DNA of 64,000 bases, taken from Candidatus Baldrarchaeota archaeon. Its GTDB lineage: Archaea > Asgardarchaeota > Baldrarchaeia > Baldrarchaeales > DXJG01. Position numbers and translations under genes: made by a program. The stretch is from NCBI GenBank assembly GCA_019056805.1, contig DXJG01000002.1, positions 480,515 to 544,514 on the forward strand. Direction: 5' to 3'. Each line of letters starts with the position of its first letter. Within the stretch, counting starts at the first letter, position 1. The notes below the pieces were generated by a model. It did no database searches. It had not been told where the DNA came from and saw nothing but the letters and a program-made list of their open reading frames with translations. Below, one piece after another: positions 19,284 to 30,257 of the stretch.

Positions 19284-20660
19284 ATGATTAAAAATTATTC
19301 AGAGCTAATTGAAAACGGCTTTACACCCAAGAATAGAGATGCAAGACGTATAATATTAGATTGTATTTTAGCTGCCTTAAATACTGTAGATCCCCCGAAA
19401 GCGATTTTCAACAATGTTAAACTTGAAAATAATACTTTATCAATTGGCCATTACAATTTTAATCTAGCAGACTATAAAAATATCTACGTTCTAGGTGGAG
19501 GAAAAGCAAGCGGCTTAATGGCTGAAACAATCGAAACAATATTACAAGACAGAATAAGCGAAGGAGTTGTAAATGTCCTAAAGGGAACAGAAAAAAGAGT
19601 AAAAACAAAGAAAATCAAAATTAACGGTGCAACGCATCCAATACCAGGAGAAGAGGGGATGAATGGAGTAAAAAATATGCTTGAAATAGCCAAAAAAGCA
19701 GGTAAAAACGATTTAATTATTGTTTTAATTTCAGGAGGCGGTTCAGCTTTAATGCCATACCCAGCTGAACCTGTAACGTTAGAAGAGAAAAAGAAGGTTA
19801 CAGACCTTCTCCTAAAATGTGGCGCTACAATAAATGAAATAAATGCTGTTCGAAAACACATATCAGCCTTTAAAGGAGGTCAACTTGCAAAAGCAGCTTA
19901 CCCAGCGACAGTAATTAGCCTGATCATCTCTGATGTAGTCGGAGACCCCTTAGACGTTATAGCTTCCGGTCCAACTGTACCAGATACCTCTACATTCCAA
20001 GATGCCTATAAAGTCTTGAAAAAATACAATATATTAGATAAAGTTCCTAAAGCTGTAAGAGAAAGAATCGAGTTAGGACTATCAGGTGAAATCGAAGAAA
20101 CTCCAAAGCCAGGCGACAAAGTTTTTGAAAAAGTATACAACGTGATCGTAGCCAGTAATAGAACAGCATGTCTAGCAGCGGTGAAAAAGGCAAAAGAACT
20201 AGGAGCGAATTCTATACTACTTTCAACCTATATCGAAGGAGAAGCAAGACATGTAGGCACGGTTCTTGCAGGAATAGCAAGAGAAATACATGAATATGAA
20301 AATTTGATCAAAAAACCAGCAATTATCGTATGTGGCGGAGAAACAACTGTAACAGTTACTGGAAGCGGTAAAGGTGGTAGAAACCAAGAATTGGCACTAG
20401 GAGCAGCATTCAAAATCTCAGGTTTAGACGGTGTTGCTATTGGCTCAATTGGCACTGATGGTATTGATGGAATTTGTGATGCTGCAGGAGCTATTGTTGA
20501 TGGTCAAACTCTAGAAAGATCGCAGAAATTAGGTCTTGACGCAATGGAATACTTATTGGATAACAATTCTTACGAGTTTTTCACAAAACTTGGAGATGCA
20601 ATTTTCACTGGTCCAACAGGAACAAATGTAAACGACTTGATGATTATTGCCGTTCTATAA
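19284..20660 (+). CDS. glycerate 2-kinase (MOFRL family)
   Basis: The MOFRL/DUF4147 pattern is present, with VLGGGKASGLMAETIE and a C-terminal GSIGTDGIDG block. Confidence 0.8.
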   Translation: MIKNYSELIENGFTPKNRDARRIILDCILAALNTVDPPKAIFNNVKLENNTLSIGHYNFNLADYKNIYVLGGGKASGLMAETIETILQDRISEGVVNVLKGTEKRVKTKKIKINGATHPIPGEEGMNGVKNMLEIAKKAGKNDLIIVLISGGGSALMPYPAEPVTLEEKKKVTDLLLKCGATINEINAVRKHISAFKGGQLAKAAYPATVISLIISDVVGDPLDVIASGPTVPDTSTFQDAYKVLKKYNILDKVPKAVRERIELGLSGEIEETPKPGDKVFEKVYNVIVASNRTACLAAVKKAKELGANSILLSTYIEGEARHVGTVLAGIAREIHEYENLIKKPAIIVCGGETTVTVTGSGKGGRNQELALGAAFKISGLDGVAIGSIGTDGIDGICDAAGAIVDGQTLERSQKLGLDAMEYLLDNNSYEFFTKLGDAIFTGPTGTNVNDLMIIAVL

Positions 20661-20755
20661 TCCTATACGATCTTGTTAAATAAGATTGCAAAAGAAATAT
20701 TATTTTAAATTTGGTTGGATTGTTTGATTAATGATTAAACTTGTTGGTGAATTTT

Positions 20756-22429
20756 ATGAATCTTAAAATCTTAAGAAGCCGAAACGTGACAGAGGGAGTG
20801 GATCGCGCCCCTCATAGATCGCTTTTTAAGGCGTTAGGTCTTACAGATGAAGATTTATCTAAACCTCTTATAGCTGTAGCTAATTCGTGGAATGAAATAG
20901 TACCCGGACATGTACATTTAGAAAAAATCGCAGAAGCAGTTAAAAGGGGTATAAGAACTGCCGGCGGAACACCTTTTGAATTTAATACAATAGCAATATG
21001 TGATGGCATAGCTATGGGACATGAAGGTATGAGAACGCCTCTTCCAAGCAGAGAAATAATAGCTGCATCAATAGAATTAATGATTCAAGCACACATGTTT
21101 GATGCCATGGTACTAATTGCATCCTGCGATAAAATAGTACCTGGAATGCTTATGGCCGCCTGCCGCCTAGATATCCCGTCAATAATGATCACTGGTGGGT
21201 GTATGTTACCCGGTGTATATAAGGGCAAGGAAATAGCACTAAGCCAAGTTTTTGAAGCAGTGGCAAAAGTTAAATCAGGTGAAATGAGTGAAGAAGATCT
21301 TAAACTTTTGGAAGAATCTGCATGTCCAGGACCTGGATCTTGTGCAGGCATGTACACTGCTAATACAATGGCATGCCTTGTTGAAGCCCTTGGTATGTCA
21401 TTACCAGGGTGTGGTGCGTGTCCCGCTGTCTATGCAGAAAAACTCCGTATTGCCGAAGAAAGCGGTAAACAAATTATAAAATTACTAGAAAGGGAAATTA
21501 CCCCTTCAAAAATAATCACTGAAGAGTCTATGGAAAATGCGATTCGTGTTGATATGGCTTTAGGTGGATCAACTAATACAATTTTACATTTAACCGCAGT
21601 TGCACATGAACTTGGAATAAATTTAACACTAGAAAAGTTTGATGAATTGGGACGAAGTACGCCTCACATATGTAATATGAATCCTTCTGGTCCACATTAC
21701 CTAAAAGACCTTTACCTTGCGGGCGGGGTTCCTGCTGTTATGAAAGAATTGAAACCACTATTAAATCTTAATACTTTAACAGTAACTGGGAAAACGTTAA
21801 AGGAAAACCTAAAAAGCGTTCATGTCTTAAATAGAGAAGTTATTCGACCATTAAACAACCCATATCATAAAGAAGGCGGAATTGCTATTCTATTCGGCTC
21901 GCTCGCACCAGAAGGCGCTGTAGTAAAACAATCTGCAATCGACCCAACTATGCAGAAATTCGAAGGAGAAGCTAGAGTTTTTGACAAAGAAGAGGATGCA
22001 GTAAATGCCATACTTAATAATGAGATAGAAAAAGGACAGATTATTGTTATAAGATATGAAGGACCCAAAGGTGGACCAGGAATGCGTGAAATGCTTTCTG
22101 CAACCTCCGCATTAGTTGGTGCTGGCTTAGATAAAAGTGTAGCACTTATTACGGATGGAAGATTTTCTGGAGCAACTAGAGGACCAGCAATAGGCCACGT
22201 TTCACCAGAAGCAATGGATGGAGGTCCAATAGCCATCGTGGAAGATGGAGATATTATCTCGATAAATATACCTGAGAGAAAATTGGACTTAAAGATCTCT
22301 GAAGACATTGTTAAGGAAAGATCTTCAAAATGGAAACCACCAGAACCAAGAGTGAAAAAAGGGTACCTCTATTTATATTCAAAAATAACAGAATCAGCAA
22401 GCAAAGGAGCAATTTGGAAAAAACTCTAA
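20756..22429 (+). CDS. ilvD: dihydroxy-acid dehydratase
   Basis: An N-terminal [12 protein letters not shown] motif and the Fe-S loop [12 protein letters not shown]. Confidence 0.9.
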   Translation: MNLKILRSRNVTEGVDRAPHRSLFKALGLTDEDLSKPLIAVANSWNEIVPGHVHLEKIAEAVKRGIRTAGGTPFEFNTIAICDGIAMGHEGMRTPLPSREIIAASIELMIQAHMFDAMVLIASCDKIVPGMLMAACRLDIPSIMITGGCMLPGVYKGKEIALSQVFEAVAKVKSGEMSEEDLKLLEESACPGPGSCAGMYTANTMACLVEALGMSLPGCGACPAVYAEKLRIAEESGKQIIKLLEREITPSKIITEESMENAIRVDMALGGSTNTILHLTAVAHELGINLTLEKFDELGRSTPHICNMNPSGPHYLKDLYLAGGVPAVMKELKPLLNLNTLTVTGKTLKENLKSVHVLNREVIRPLNNPYHKEGGIAILFGSLAPEGAVVKQSAIDPTMQKFEGEARVFDKEEDAVNAILNNEIEKGQIIVIRYEGPKGGPGMREMLSATSALVGAGLDKSVALITDGRFSGATRGPAIGHVSPEAMDGGPIAIVEDGDIISINIPERKLDLKISEDIVKERSSKWKPPEPRVKKGYLYLYSKITESASKGAIWKKL

Positions 22430-22625
22430 ACTATACACGAATCGCTTCACGCGAAATAGATAAAACTCTCTAACATTTCATCTCTGCATTCAATTATTAT
22501 CTTCTAATTTATCTGGGAGGCTTTAAATTAAGCGAAACTCTTACCAAAAATTTAATAGGAAAAATATTTTATGGCAAATGAATAAAACGTTAAAAATGGC
22601 TAAATTACGATAGAGGTGCTTAAAC

Positions 22626-24029
22626 TTGAACATTAGCTGGGGAAATATTGCAAAGAAAATTTCAGAGATTGTAGGGGAAGAAAATATTACCACATCACTA
22701 GTAGACCTAATAACTTATTCCTCAGATGCATCAATTGATTCAGGAATGCCAAATCTCGTAGTATGGCCAACCACACCAGAACAGATCTCAAAAATAGTGA
22801 AACTAGCTAATGAGTATCATTTTCCCATAATTCCTCGAGGGGCAGGCACAGGTTTAAGTGGTGGAGCAGTTCCCAAATATGGTGGAGTTATTTTAGATTT
22901 ATCACGTATGAATAAAATACTCGAAATAAGTACACAAGATCTTCAAGTCCTTGTAGAAGCTGGAGTTGTAGCAGATGACTTAAATCAAGAACTTGCAAAA
23001 CATGGATTATTTTTCCCACCAGATCCTGCAAGTAGTAGTGCAGCCACAATAGGCGGTATGTTGGCAGAAAATGCAGGAGGAATTCGAGCAGTCAAATATG
23101 GTACTACAAGAGAGTGGGTACTTGGTTTAGAGGTCGTTTTACCGACAGGCGAAGTGCTATGGGTTGGGCGGAGGGCAATGAAGTGGGTTGCCGGATACGA
23201 TCTTGTAAGATTATTTATTGGAAGTGAAGGAACACTAGGAATCATTACAAAAGCTTTGCTAAAGGTTAGACCACTCCCAGAAACCGCATTGTCAGCTTTT
23301 GCAATGTTTAGCAGCCTAGAACAAGCAGTTCATTGCGTATACAAAATTATTATAGAGGGACTAGAACCCTCAAAGGTTGAATTTCTTGACCAAATAACAC
23401 TAGATGCTATTAGCAAATATACTGGAACAAGTTTTCCTCCTGGAGAGGCTGCCATTATAATAGAACTTGATGGTGAAAAATTAAGCGTCGAAAAAAGGCT
23501 CGAAAGACTAATTGAAATATTTAAAGAAGAAAAAGCATTAAGCTATGATGTTGCTAGGACACCCGAAGAAAATATGAGAATATGGCAGGCTAGAAAGGCA
23601 GCTCTTCCGGCATTATCATCAGTAAAACCAACCGTAGTTATAGAAGACGTTACCGTACCCATTAGTAAACTCCCATATATGGTAAAAGTTGTTCAAGAAA
23701 TTTCCAAGAAATTTAATATTCCCGTAGCTACCTTTGGCCACGTAGGTGATGGCAATTTTCACCCATGTATTCTGTTAGATATTAGAAATCGCGATGAAGT
23801 TGAAAGAATGGAAAAATGTGCATTAGAAATTGCTAAGGCTGCAATAAAAGTTGGAGGTACAGTGAGCGGTGAACATGGAATTGGAACATTAAAAATGAAC
23901 ATGTACAGACATGAAGCACCAACAGAACTAGTAAAATTGCTGTTAAAAATAAAGAGAGCGCTGGATCCCAATAACATTATGAACCCCGGAAAAATCTTCC
24001 CCAAAGAATATTTGGAGGGAAATGCATGA
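22626..24029 (+). CDS. FAD-linked oxidase (GlcD / D-lactate dehydrogenase-like)
   Basis: The FAD-binding PCMH domain contains IIPRGAGTGLSGGAVP. A TTG start. Confidence 0.8.
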   Translation: MNISWGNIAKKISEIVGEENITTSLVDLITYSSDASIDSGMPNLVVWPTTPEQISKIVKLANEYHFPIIPRGAGTGLSGGAVPKYGGVILDLSRMNKILEISTQDLQVLVEAGVVADDLNQELAKHGLFFPPDPASSSAATIGGMLAENAGGIRAVKYGTTREWVLGLEVVLPTGEVLWVGRRAMKWVAGYDLVRLFIGSEGTLGIITKALLKVRPLPETALSAFAMFSSLEQAVHCVYKIIIEGLEPSKVEFLDQITLDAISKYTGTSFPPGEAAIIIELDGEKLSVEKRLERLIEIFKEEKALSYDVARTPEENMRIWQARKAALPALSSVKPTVVIEDVTVPISKLPYMVKVVQEISKKFNIPVATFGHVGDGNFHPCILLDIRNRDEVERMEKCALEIAKAAIKVGGTVSGEHGIGTLKMNMYRHEAPTELVKLLLKIKRALDPNNIMNPGKIFPKEYLEGNA

Positions 24030-25150
24030 AATTGCTTCCAGATGACTTTGAAACACAGTTGATTAAATGTTCTGAATGTGGATTTTGCAGGCCAGCTTGT
24101 CCAACTCTCGCAGTCAAGATGACTGAGTCTTGGGGTGCTCGAGGAAGGAACATGATTATAAAAGCTGTAATTGATGGGCGTCTCAAAGTTGATGAAGAAG
24201 TTTTGAAAAGACTTTACAGTTGCGCACTCTGTAAAGCGTGCGAAGTTGTATGTCCATCTAAAGTTAAAGTTGTGGACATAATGGAGATAGTGAGAAGCAA
24301 ACTTACAGAATTAGAACTAGCCCCCTTAAAAGAACATAAAGAAATGATAGATACCATGTTTACCACTGGAAATATTTTTGGAGAATCGTTAGAATTTGAA
24401 AAAACCATTATATCATCTCCAGTTGAAACTTTGCTATTTCCTGGCTGCATGGCTGTAGTAAAAAATCCTGAAATAAAAGATGCTTGCATTAAGCTTCTCG
24501 AAAAGGCGGGAATAAACTTCACAGTTTTCGAGGATAAAAATCTATGTTGCAGCGGTTATGCGAAAATGCTTGGTGTCGAAAAGAAATTTGAGGAATATGT
24601 AGCTAAACAAGCAGAAAAAATATTTTCTCTCGGCATCAAGCAGATTGTTACCCCATGTCCCCTATGTTATACAACCCTTAAAGAAGATTATCCTTTTGAC
24701 GGCAAAATCAAGGTTATACATTTATCGGAACTATTAAGCGACCTACTAAAAAGTGCAAAAATAAATTTTACAAGAAAAGTCGACTCTGTTGTTGTTTTCA
24801 AAGATCCATGCCATCTAGGAAGATGGGAACAGATTTACGATCCGCCAAGATATGTTCTTTCTCAAATTCCCGGAATAAAAATAATTGAATTTACAAAAAA
24901 CCGCGAAAATGCTCAATGCTGCGGTGGAACAATAAGAATACCCTTTATGGACATGCGAACAGAAATGAGCAACAAATTAATAGAAGACGCTGAAAATCTA
25001 GGGGCTGATCTAATAGTTACATCATGTCCATCATGCTTCTTCAACATAAGTTCATCAGCATACTTCTCAGATGTAAAAGTTGTCGATCTCAGCATTTTAG
25101 CAGCATATGCCGCAGAACTGATAGACGAACTGATAATTGGAGGAGAATAG
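24026..25150 (+). CDS. Fe-S oxidoreductase, GlcF-like (2x[4Fe-4S] + two CCG domains)
   Basis: The cluster motifs are CSECGFCRPACP and CALCKACEVVCP. The CCG motifs are CPLCY and SCPSCF. The start overlaps the GlcD-like stop. Confidence 0.8.
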   Translation: MKLLPDDFETQLIKCSECGFCRPACPTLAVKMTESWGARGRNMIIKAVIDGRLKVDEEVLKRLYSCALCKACEVVCPSKVKVVDIMEIVRSKLTELELAPLKEHKEMIDTMFTTGNIFGESLEFEKTIISSPVETLLFPGCMAVVKNPEIKDACIKLLEKAGINFTVFEDKNLCCSGYAKMLGVEKKFEEYVAKQAEKIFSLGIKQIVTPCPLCYTTLKEDYPFDGKIKVIHLSELLSDLLKSAKINFTRKVDSVVVFKDPCHLGRWEQIYDPPRYVLSQIPGIKIIEFTKNRENAQCCGGTIRIPFMDMRTEMSNKLIEDAENLGADLIVTSCPSCFFNISSSAYFSDVKVVDLSILAAYAAELIDELIIGGE

Positions 25151-25383
25151 TATCTATCAAGCTAACTTAAAATCCACAAGACCTCCATATCCCTAGAACA
25201 GATGGCGGCACCGAAAATTCCACCAAAATACATAAAAAACCAGAACATTTTTTATACAGAAAAATTAAACCATGGTAATTCTCGTGAAAAACTTATTTTA
25301 TTATAGCATACGTAAGCCGCTAGTAAAAGTATATATAGCTGAGAGTGTAGTGTAAATGTACGTTTAATCTCTAAAATGAGTCC

Positions 25384-26328
25384 GTGGTGAAAAATTTGGT
25401 TGAAGCAGGTAGTCAATCATTAAGGCCCTTAAGCGTCTCTGAAATTATTAGTAAAGGGTTATCTATTCTATTTAAACGATACTTTGCATTTGTATTACCA
25501 TTCTTTATCCTATCGTTAATTGAATGGCCAATATCTGTAATCTTTTCGGCTCTTTTATATATTCGGTCACAGCACCCAGCCTTAATGGGAATCCTTATAT
25601 TCGGAGGGTTTGCTTCTTTCATCTTAACATTGATTTTCAACGCTTTAAGCACAGGTATAGTTACACAAATGGCAGCTGACGAGTTTCTAGGCCAAGAAAC
25701 TGGTCTTAGAAAGAGTTTTGACGCAGCTTTAGGAGTTATTTTATCATTAATTGTCGCTGCAATCATAGTAGGTATAGTCATAGTAATAGGTTTGATGCTT
25801 TTCATTATTCCAGGAATAATATTTTGGGTATGGTTCTGCTTAACCTCAACAGTCATAGTTTTGGAGAGAAAGGGAGCATTTGAAGCTATGGGTAGAAGTA
25901 AAGAACTCGTCAAGGGCAACTGGTTTCACGCATTCGTTGTGCTACTTGTTACCATAATAATAACCTTTATAGCCTCCCTAATTAGTGGGGTTATCAGTGG
26001 AATATTTGCTTGGCTACTACCACCTGTATTAGCTATCTTCGTCAGAAAACTTATTTCAAGCTTTATCTCCCCGATTTCAGCAGTAATATTAACCGTCTTA
26101 TACTTCGATCTTTCAGCTAGAAAAACCATAGCAGAAATTCCACCAATTCCTCCTCCAACCCCTGTCACTCCTCCACCACCGCCAACACCTTACATTGAAA
26201 CTCGAGAAGAAATTGAAGCCGAAAAACCTCCAACAATCACCTATAAATTCTGTCCCTATTGCGGAGCACAAATACCACCCGGCGCGAGATTCTGTCCCAG
26301 ATGCGGAGCATCGCTCGAAGCAAAGTAA
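25384..26328 (+). CDS. membrane protein with Pro-rich linker and C-terminal double zinc ribbon
   Basis: Four to five TM helices, then PPIPPPTPVTPPPPPTP, then FCPYCGAQIPPGARFCPRCGASL. Confidence 0.55.
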   Translation: MVKNLVEAGSQSLRPLSVSEIISKGLSILFKRYFAFVLPFFILSLIEWPISVIFSALLYIRSQHPALMGILIFGGFASFILTLIFNALSTGIVTQMAADEFLGQETGLRKSFDAALGVILSLIVAAIIVGIVIVIGLMLFIIPGIIFWVWFCLTSTVIVLERKGAFEAMGRSKELVKGNWFHAFVVLLVTIIITFIASLISGVISGIFAWLLPPVLAIFVRKLISSFISPISAVILTVLYFDLSARKTIAEIPPIPPPTPVTPPPPPTPYIETREEIEAEKPPTITYKFCPYCGAQIPPGARFCPRCGASLEAK

Positions 26329-26343
26329 CAAAGAGGGGTATCT

Positions 26344-26784
26344 GTGCCCCTAAAAATATATTTTTCAGCCCCCATTAAGGGAGATCGCTCCAATCTTGAA
26401 ACAAACAAGTTTATTGTAGATTTTCTGAAAAAAGCCGGATATACTATTCTAACCGAACATGTAGTTTCTGAAAATCCAATTGAAGAGGGGCTAAGTCCTA
26501 AGCAAATATACTTAAGAGATATGAAGTGGCTTAAAGAAAGCAACGTTTTAATTGCAGAAGTTTCCTATCCTAGCTTGGGAGTTGGCTTTGAAATCGCAAA
26601 AGCTCTTTTTCTAGGTAAATCTGTAATATGCTTACTAAAAAAGGAACTGAAAGAAAGATGTTCCCTACTAATTAGAGGAATTCAAGATCCCAAATTCAAG
26701 ATCATTGAATACGCCGATCTCTCCGAATTAAAAGAAAAACTATTAAGAACTTTATCTATTGTAGAAACTCGAAATAGATCATAA
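26344..26784 (+). CDS. nucleoside 2-deoxyribosyltransferase-like protein
   Basis: KIYFSAPIKG...LIAEVSYPSLGVGFEIAKA shows the Rossmann-like deoxyribosyltransferase pattern. A GTG start. Confidence 0.45.
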   Translation: MPLKIYFSAPIKGDRSNLETNKFIVDFLKKAGYTILTEHVVSENPIEEGLSPKQIYLRDMKWLKESNVLIAEVSYPSLGVGFEIAKALFLGKSVICLLKKELKERCSLLIRGIQDPKFKIIEYADLSELKEKLLRTLSIVETRNRS

Positions 26785-26798
26785 AATCAAACCATTTT

Positions 26799-27383
26799 TT
26801 AGATTTCCCCTTCTGCCAGTTTTTTGAGAGCATTTTTTCCCTCTATAAAACCTCTTGCAATAATAATATCTCCAGCCTTTAATACAAAGTCACTCGGTGG
26901 ATTATAAAACCATTTGTCCTCTCTCTTTAACGCTATTATTTTTACTCCGATTTTTTCTTCAAGTTTTGCTTCTCCTATCATTTTACCATTTAATATAGAG
27001 TTTTCAGAAATTGTTGCTTGCATCACCATTTCTTCAGCTTCTTCCATCACCATTTTCAATATTGGATGAGGTTCAACACCTCTAAGAACGATATCCGCTA
27101 TCTCAGCAGCTGCATCAGCTAAGTTCTCTGTTGCCACACCCAGCCTTAGAAGACCTAGCAAGTTCTTTTCATCCTCTTTTCTTTTAATTCCTATCTTTAA
27201 AACCTTTAGCTCAAATTTTGTATGCAATTTATCAACGTATTCTTCTAAATCCATAACTCTCTCTGCCAAGTCCTTGTCATCGAAGATCAGAGCGGAATAT
27301 GCCAAATCTATCATAAACTCACATGTGTTTTTCAACTGTCTTATCATGTCTTCAATCATTATCCACTCTTCTTCACTTGTCAC
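26799..27383 (-). CDS. PhoU-like / TrkA-C (RCK_C) domain protein
   Basis: A C-terminal GKMIGEAKLEEKIGVKIIALKR...AGDIIIARG matches TrkA-C. A 4-nt overlap with the upstream paralog. Confidence 0.5.
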   Translation of the reverse strand: MTSEEEWIMIEDMIRQLKNTCEFMIDLAYSALIFDDKDLAERVMDLEEYVDKLHTKFELKVLKIGIKRKEDEKNLLGLLRLGVATENLADAAAEIADIVLRGVEPHPILKMVMEEAEEMVMQATISENSILNGKMIGEAKLEEKIGVKIIALKREDKWFYNPPSDFVLKAGDIIIARGFIEGKNALKKLAEGEI

Positions 27384-27994
27384 TTAGCTACCTCCGGAAG
27401 CTTATTAACCTTACCTGAAGACAATTTATCAAGAAATTCTATACTTTCAACACTCCCCCTAGCAATTAAAATGTCTCCAACTTGTAGCTTAATTTTCTTG
27501 TTTGGATTTAAAATCCAGTCTTTCCCCCTTCTAAGAGCTATGACATCCACACCTATCCTTGTTTCTAACTCTAAATCTTCAAAAGTTTTATTTATTAATA
27601 CGCTTTTTTCTCGTATTTTAATTCTTCCAATAATCTCTTCAGTCTTCTTGAAAGCTGAATGAATAGTTGGATGTACAGATATGTCGAGGAGTACGAGATT
27701 TGCTATATCTGCTGCTGCATCTGACATTTTATCAACTGCCGATGCAACTTTAAGTATTCCTGATACTTGTTCAGCATCTTCTCTATCACGGGCTGCTAAA
27801 GCTGCCTGTATACCGAGAAGATAACCGAGATAATCTACTCTTTCCTCTAGTCTCATAACTTCCTCTGCAAGTTTTTTATGATCATATAGAAAAGCAGAAT
27901 ATGCCAAATCTATCATGAGAGACGAAAGATTTTTCATCTCTTTAAGAAGTTCTTTAACAGAAAGTGGTTTATACTGAACTTCTTGAGTTCCCAC
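27380..27994 (-). CDS. PhoU-like / TrkA-C (RCK_C) domain protein (tandem paralog)
   Basis: It has the same architecture as its neighbour, with ...VGDILIARG. Confidence 0.5.
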   Translation of the reverse strand: MGTQEVQYKPLSVKELLKEMKNLSSLMIDLAYSAFLYDHKKLAEEVMRLEERVDYLGYLLGIQAALAARDREDAEQVSGILKVASAVDKMSDAAADIANLVLLDISVHPTIHSAFKKTEEIIGRIKIREKSVLINKTFEDLELETRIGVDVIALRRGKDWILNPNKKIKLQVGDILIARGSVESIEFLDKLSSGKVNKLPEVAK

Positions 27995-28332
27995 TTCTTA
28001 TACTCCTCCAACTTCACCTATTCCATTTAAAATTTAAAACTTATTCCATAAATTCATGGTTCTTAGAAAAAATATTGTTTTCCTCTTAATTGTTATTAAT
28101 TGTTTCTCATAAGTATTTCTCTAATAATAGTTATTCATTTCATGGTATCCACTTTTTTAATATTAAAAGCACATGAAATCAAAAACACATATCTAGAATT
28201 TCTTAGTTCTTGAATTCTTAGAAAAGGATTCATAAATGTTTTCATCTTGTTTCGACCTTTTTTGTCGAGTATTATAAATAATAGTAAAATATATTACCAC
28301 ATTAAGATGTAATATTTACTATAACATTTTTC

Positions 28333-29175
28333 ATGATGATCAAAATGAATACATCGCTCCAAAAAAAGCTACTTAAAATACTCGAAGAATTAGGATTTAC
28401 GCAAAATGAAGCCAAAATATACTTAGTTCTATTTTTCTCCGGCGCCCCGCTAAATGCATCCGAAATATCAAATTATTCAAATGTCCCCCGTCCCAATGTT
28501 TATGAAACAATAAATAAACTCATAGAAAAGGGTTTTGTTTTAAAAGAGGCCTCTAGTAGAGGAGGACGATATGTAGCTATTATACCTCAAGAAATGCTAG
28601 ATATGCTACGTAAAAGATATGAACAACGCCTAAAACTAATCGATGAAACAATATTACAGTTTAAGGAAATGCTTAACAGGAGTTTAGGTGAATCTAAACT
28701 CTCAGCCATGAGTACAATAGAATTTATTAACGATGAAGAAAAAATCACTAGAATTATTGGAGAGGTCCTTGAATCTGCTCAATCCAAACTAATTACAATC
28801 ATCACCCCCGATGTCTTAGAGATCGAAGGGAAAAATATTGTTAGAATGCTTAGACGTTTGGCCAAAAGGAATGTGGATATTACCGTGGGAATAAAGACAA
28901 ATGATGATTATAAGTACTATGTTCGTGAACTATCAAAAATCTCTACTTTATATCTCTGGACTTATGGCGAATTACCACTTGGTTGCTATATTGCTGACGA
29001 TACTAACTGCTTAGTTACATTAGTTGGGAAATGGTCACCAATTGTATCCTATAATGTTGGTATTTTTACCGGAAATCCACTATACACAAAATCCTTCGGA
29101 TACTTCGCTCAAAAACTCCTAACATTGACGACACAAGAAATAGAGATAGTTAAAGAAATTCGTAGAAGAAGATAG
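28333..29175 (+). CDS. TrmB-family transcriptional regulator (paralog of 9224-10042)
   Basis: LGFTQNEAKIYLVLFFSGAPLNASEISNYSNVPRPNVYETINKLIEKGFV is the HTH. The C-terminal block GCYIADDTNCLVTLVGKWSPI is shared with the paralog. Confidence 0.7.
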   Translation: MMIKMNTSLQKKLLKILEELGFTQNEAKIYLVLFFSGAPLNASEISNYSNVPRPNVYETINKLIEKGFVLKEASSRGGRYVAIIPQEMLDMLRKRYEQRLKLIDETILQFKEMLNRSLGESKLSAMSTIEFINDEEKITRIIGEVLESAQSKLITIITPDVLEIEGKNIVRMLRRLAKRNVDITVGIKTNDDYKYYVRELSKISTLYLWTYGELPLGCYIADDTNCLVTLVGKWSPIVSYNVGIFTGNPLYTKSFGYFAQKLLTLTTQEIEIVKEIRRRR

Positions 29176-29196
29176 AGTACAAGGTTTACATGAATG

Positions 29197-29786
29197 TTAT
29201 CTTGTCTTTTTTATCTTCTGCAATCTCAACAATAGCTCTCTGGCTTGGGAGTTTTTTTCGAAGTATTCTCTTACAGGTTTCAAAAATTCTATTAGTGCCT
29301 CTGCCGCGGCATTTTTTAGATCCAATGGGTGAAGTTCACCCTTTAAATATATTTGTTCTAATTCGGGATAACTTTCAACAATTAAATCTCCACCATACTT
29401 TTCGGGTCTATGTATCTCTAATGTAAAATCATCTCGTGCAAATAATAAGTACTTATTTATTTCCATAATCGGATTAAATTCTATATCTTTTGGTGGACAA
29501 TAAGCTTGTTTAATCTTTTTCCTTATATCTTCCGGTGTATCATGAACAAATATACATGTTTCAGGCAGACTTTTACTCATTTTCGTATCTAAAAGAATTT
29601 CTTCTCTTGATTTTCCCGTAACATCCATCCTTCCTACCCCAGCCAAACCTGAGAGAAGAGGTGTATGAACAGCTACCGGCTTTCTTCTACCAAGTTTCGG
29701 TGCAATATCCCTACATAACATGTGGACACTTCTTTGATCCATTCCACCATAAGCTACATCCACATCAAGAAGAAAAACATCTGCTG
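29197..29786 (-). pseudogene. tyrosyl-tRNA synthetase paralog, C-terminal half only; in-frame TAA inside conserved motif, N-terminal half decayed
   Basis: The 188-aa GTG ORF starts GGMDQRSVHMLCRD...KMSKS...NPIMEINKY...RPEKYGGDL...ELHPLDLKNA, closely matching the archaeal TyrRS C-terminal half. The upstream frame continues ...KIFDVLSAR*AADVFLLDVDVAYGGMDQR, which corresponds to the YPxMQ-VDV-GGMDQR region. Further upstream all frames are closed. Confidence 0.5.
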
Positions 29787-29802
29787 CTTAGCGCGCGCTA
29801 AG
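29787..29802. repeat. perfect 16-bp GC-rich palindrome CTTAGCGCGCGCTAAG
   Basis: A conspicuous GC core in AT-rich DNA that supplies TAA in both orientations. It sits at the exact break point of the TyrRS paralog. Confidence 0.9.
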
Positions 29803-30257
29803 AACATCAAAAATCTTACAGTTAAGTCCATTTATCCGCAATATTTTAAAATTCAGGTATTTTTCATATCTTGGGTGGAAGTGATGGTGCTTCAATGTCA
29901 AGAAGATTGCTTCAGAGAAAATATTCAGGACTTACGTAGATTCCTCTTCAGGGCTCTATATAGAAATTAAATTCTAATGTTATCGCGTGGATCTTAAAAA
30001 TTCTTCTTCCTGATATTTCTATTGACCTTTTTGAGCGGAAGATTCCGAATATCACCTTCTGCTCTTAAAATTTAATGCAAGGGTTCTAGAGAACCTTGAT
30101 CTAACAGAAAGAAAACAAAAACTACGTTTCCCATAAGCTAGCCAGATAGTTCCTAGACTTCTATTATGCGAAAATGCTTTAAGTTAAATTTTTCAAAGTT
30201 GTTAAATTAACATGATATTCAGAAAAATAAAAGTTCAATAGAAGGAGGAATATAGAC

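Noticed and set aside
21865-22308. 147-aa minus-strand ORF inside ilvD
   Set aside because: It is an antisense shadow ORF of a highly conserved gene.
29190-29426. 78-aa + strand ORF overlapping the TyrRS fragment
   Set aside because: It is antisense to a reading frame with clear TyrRS homology.
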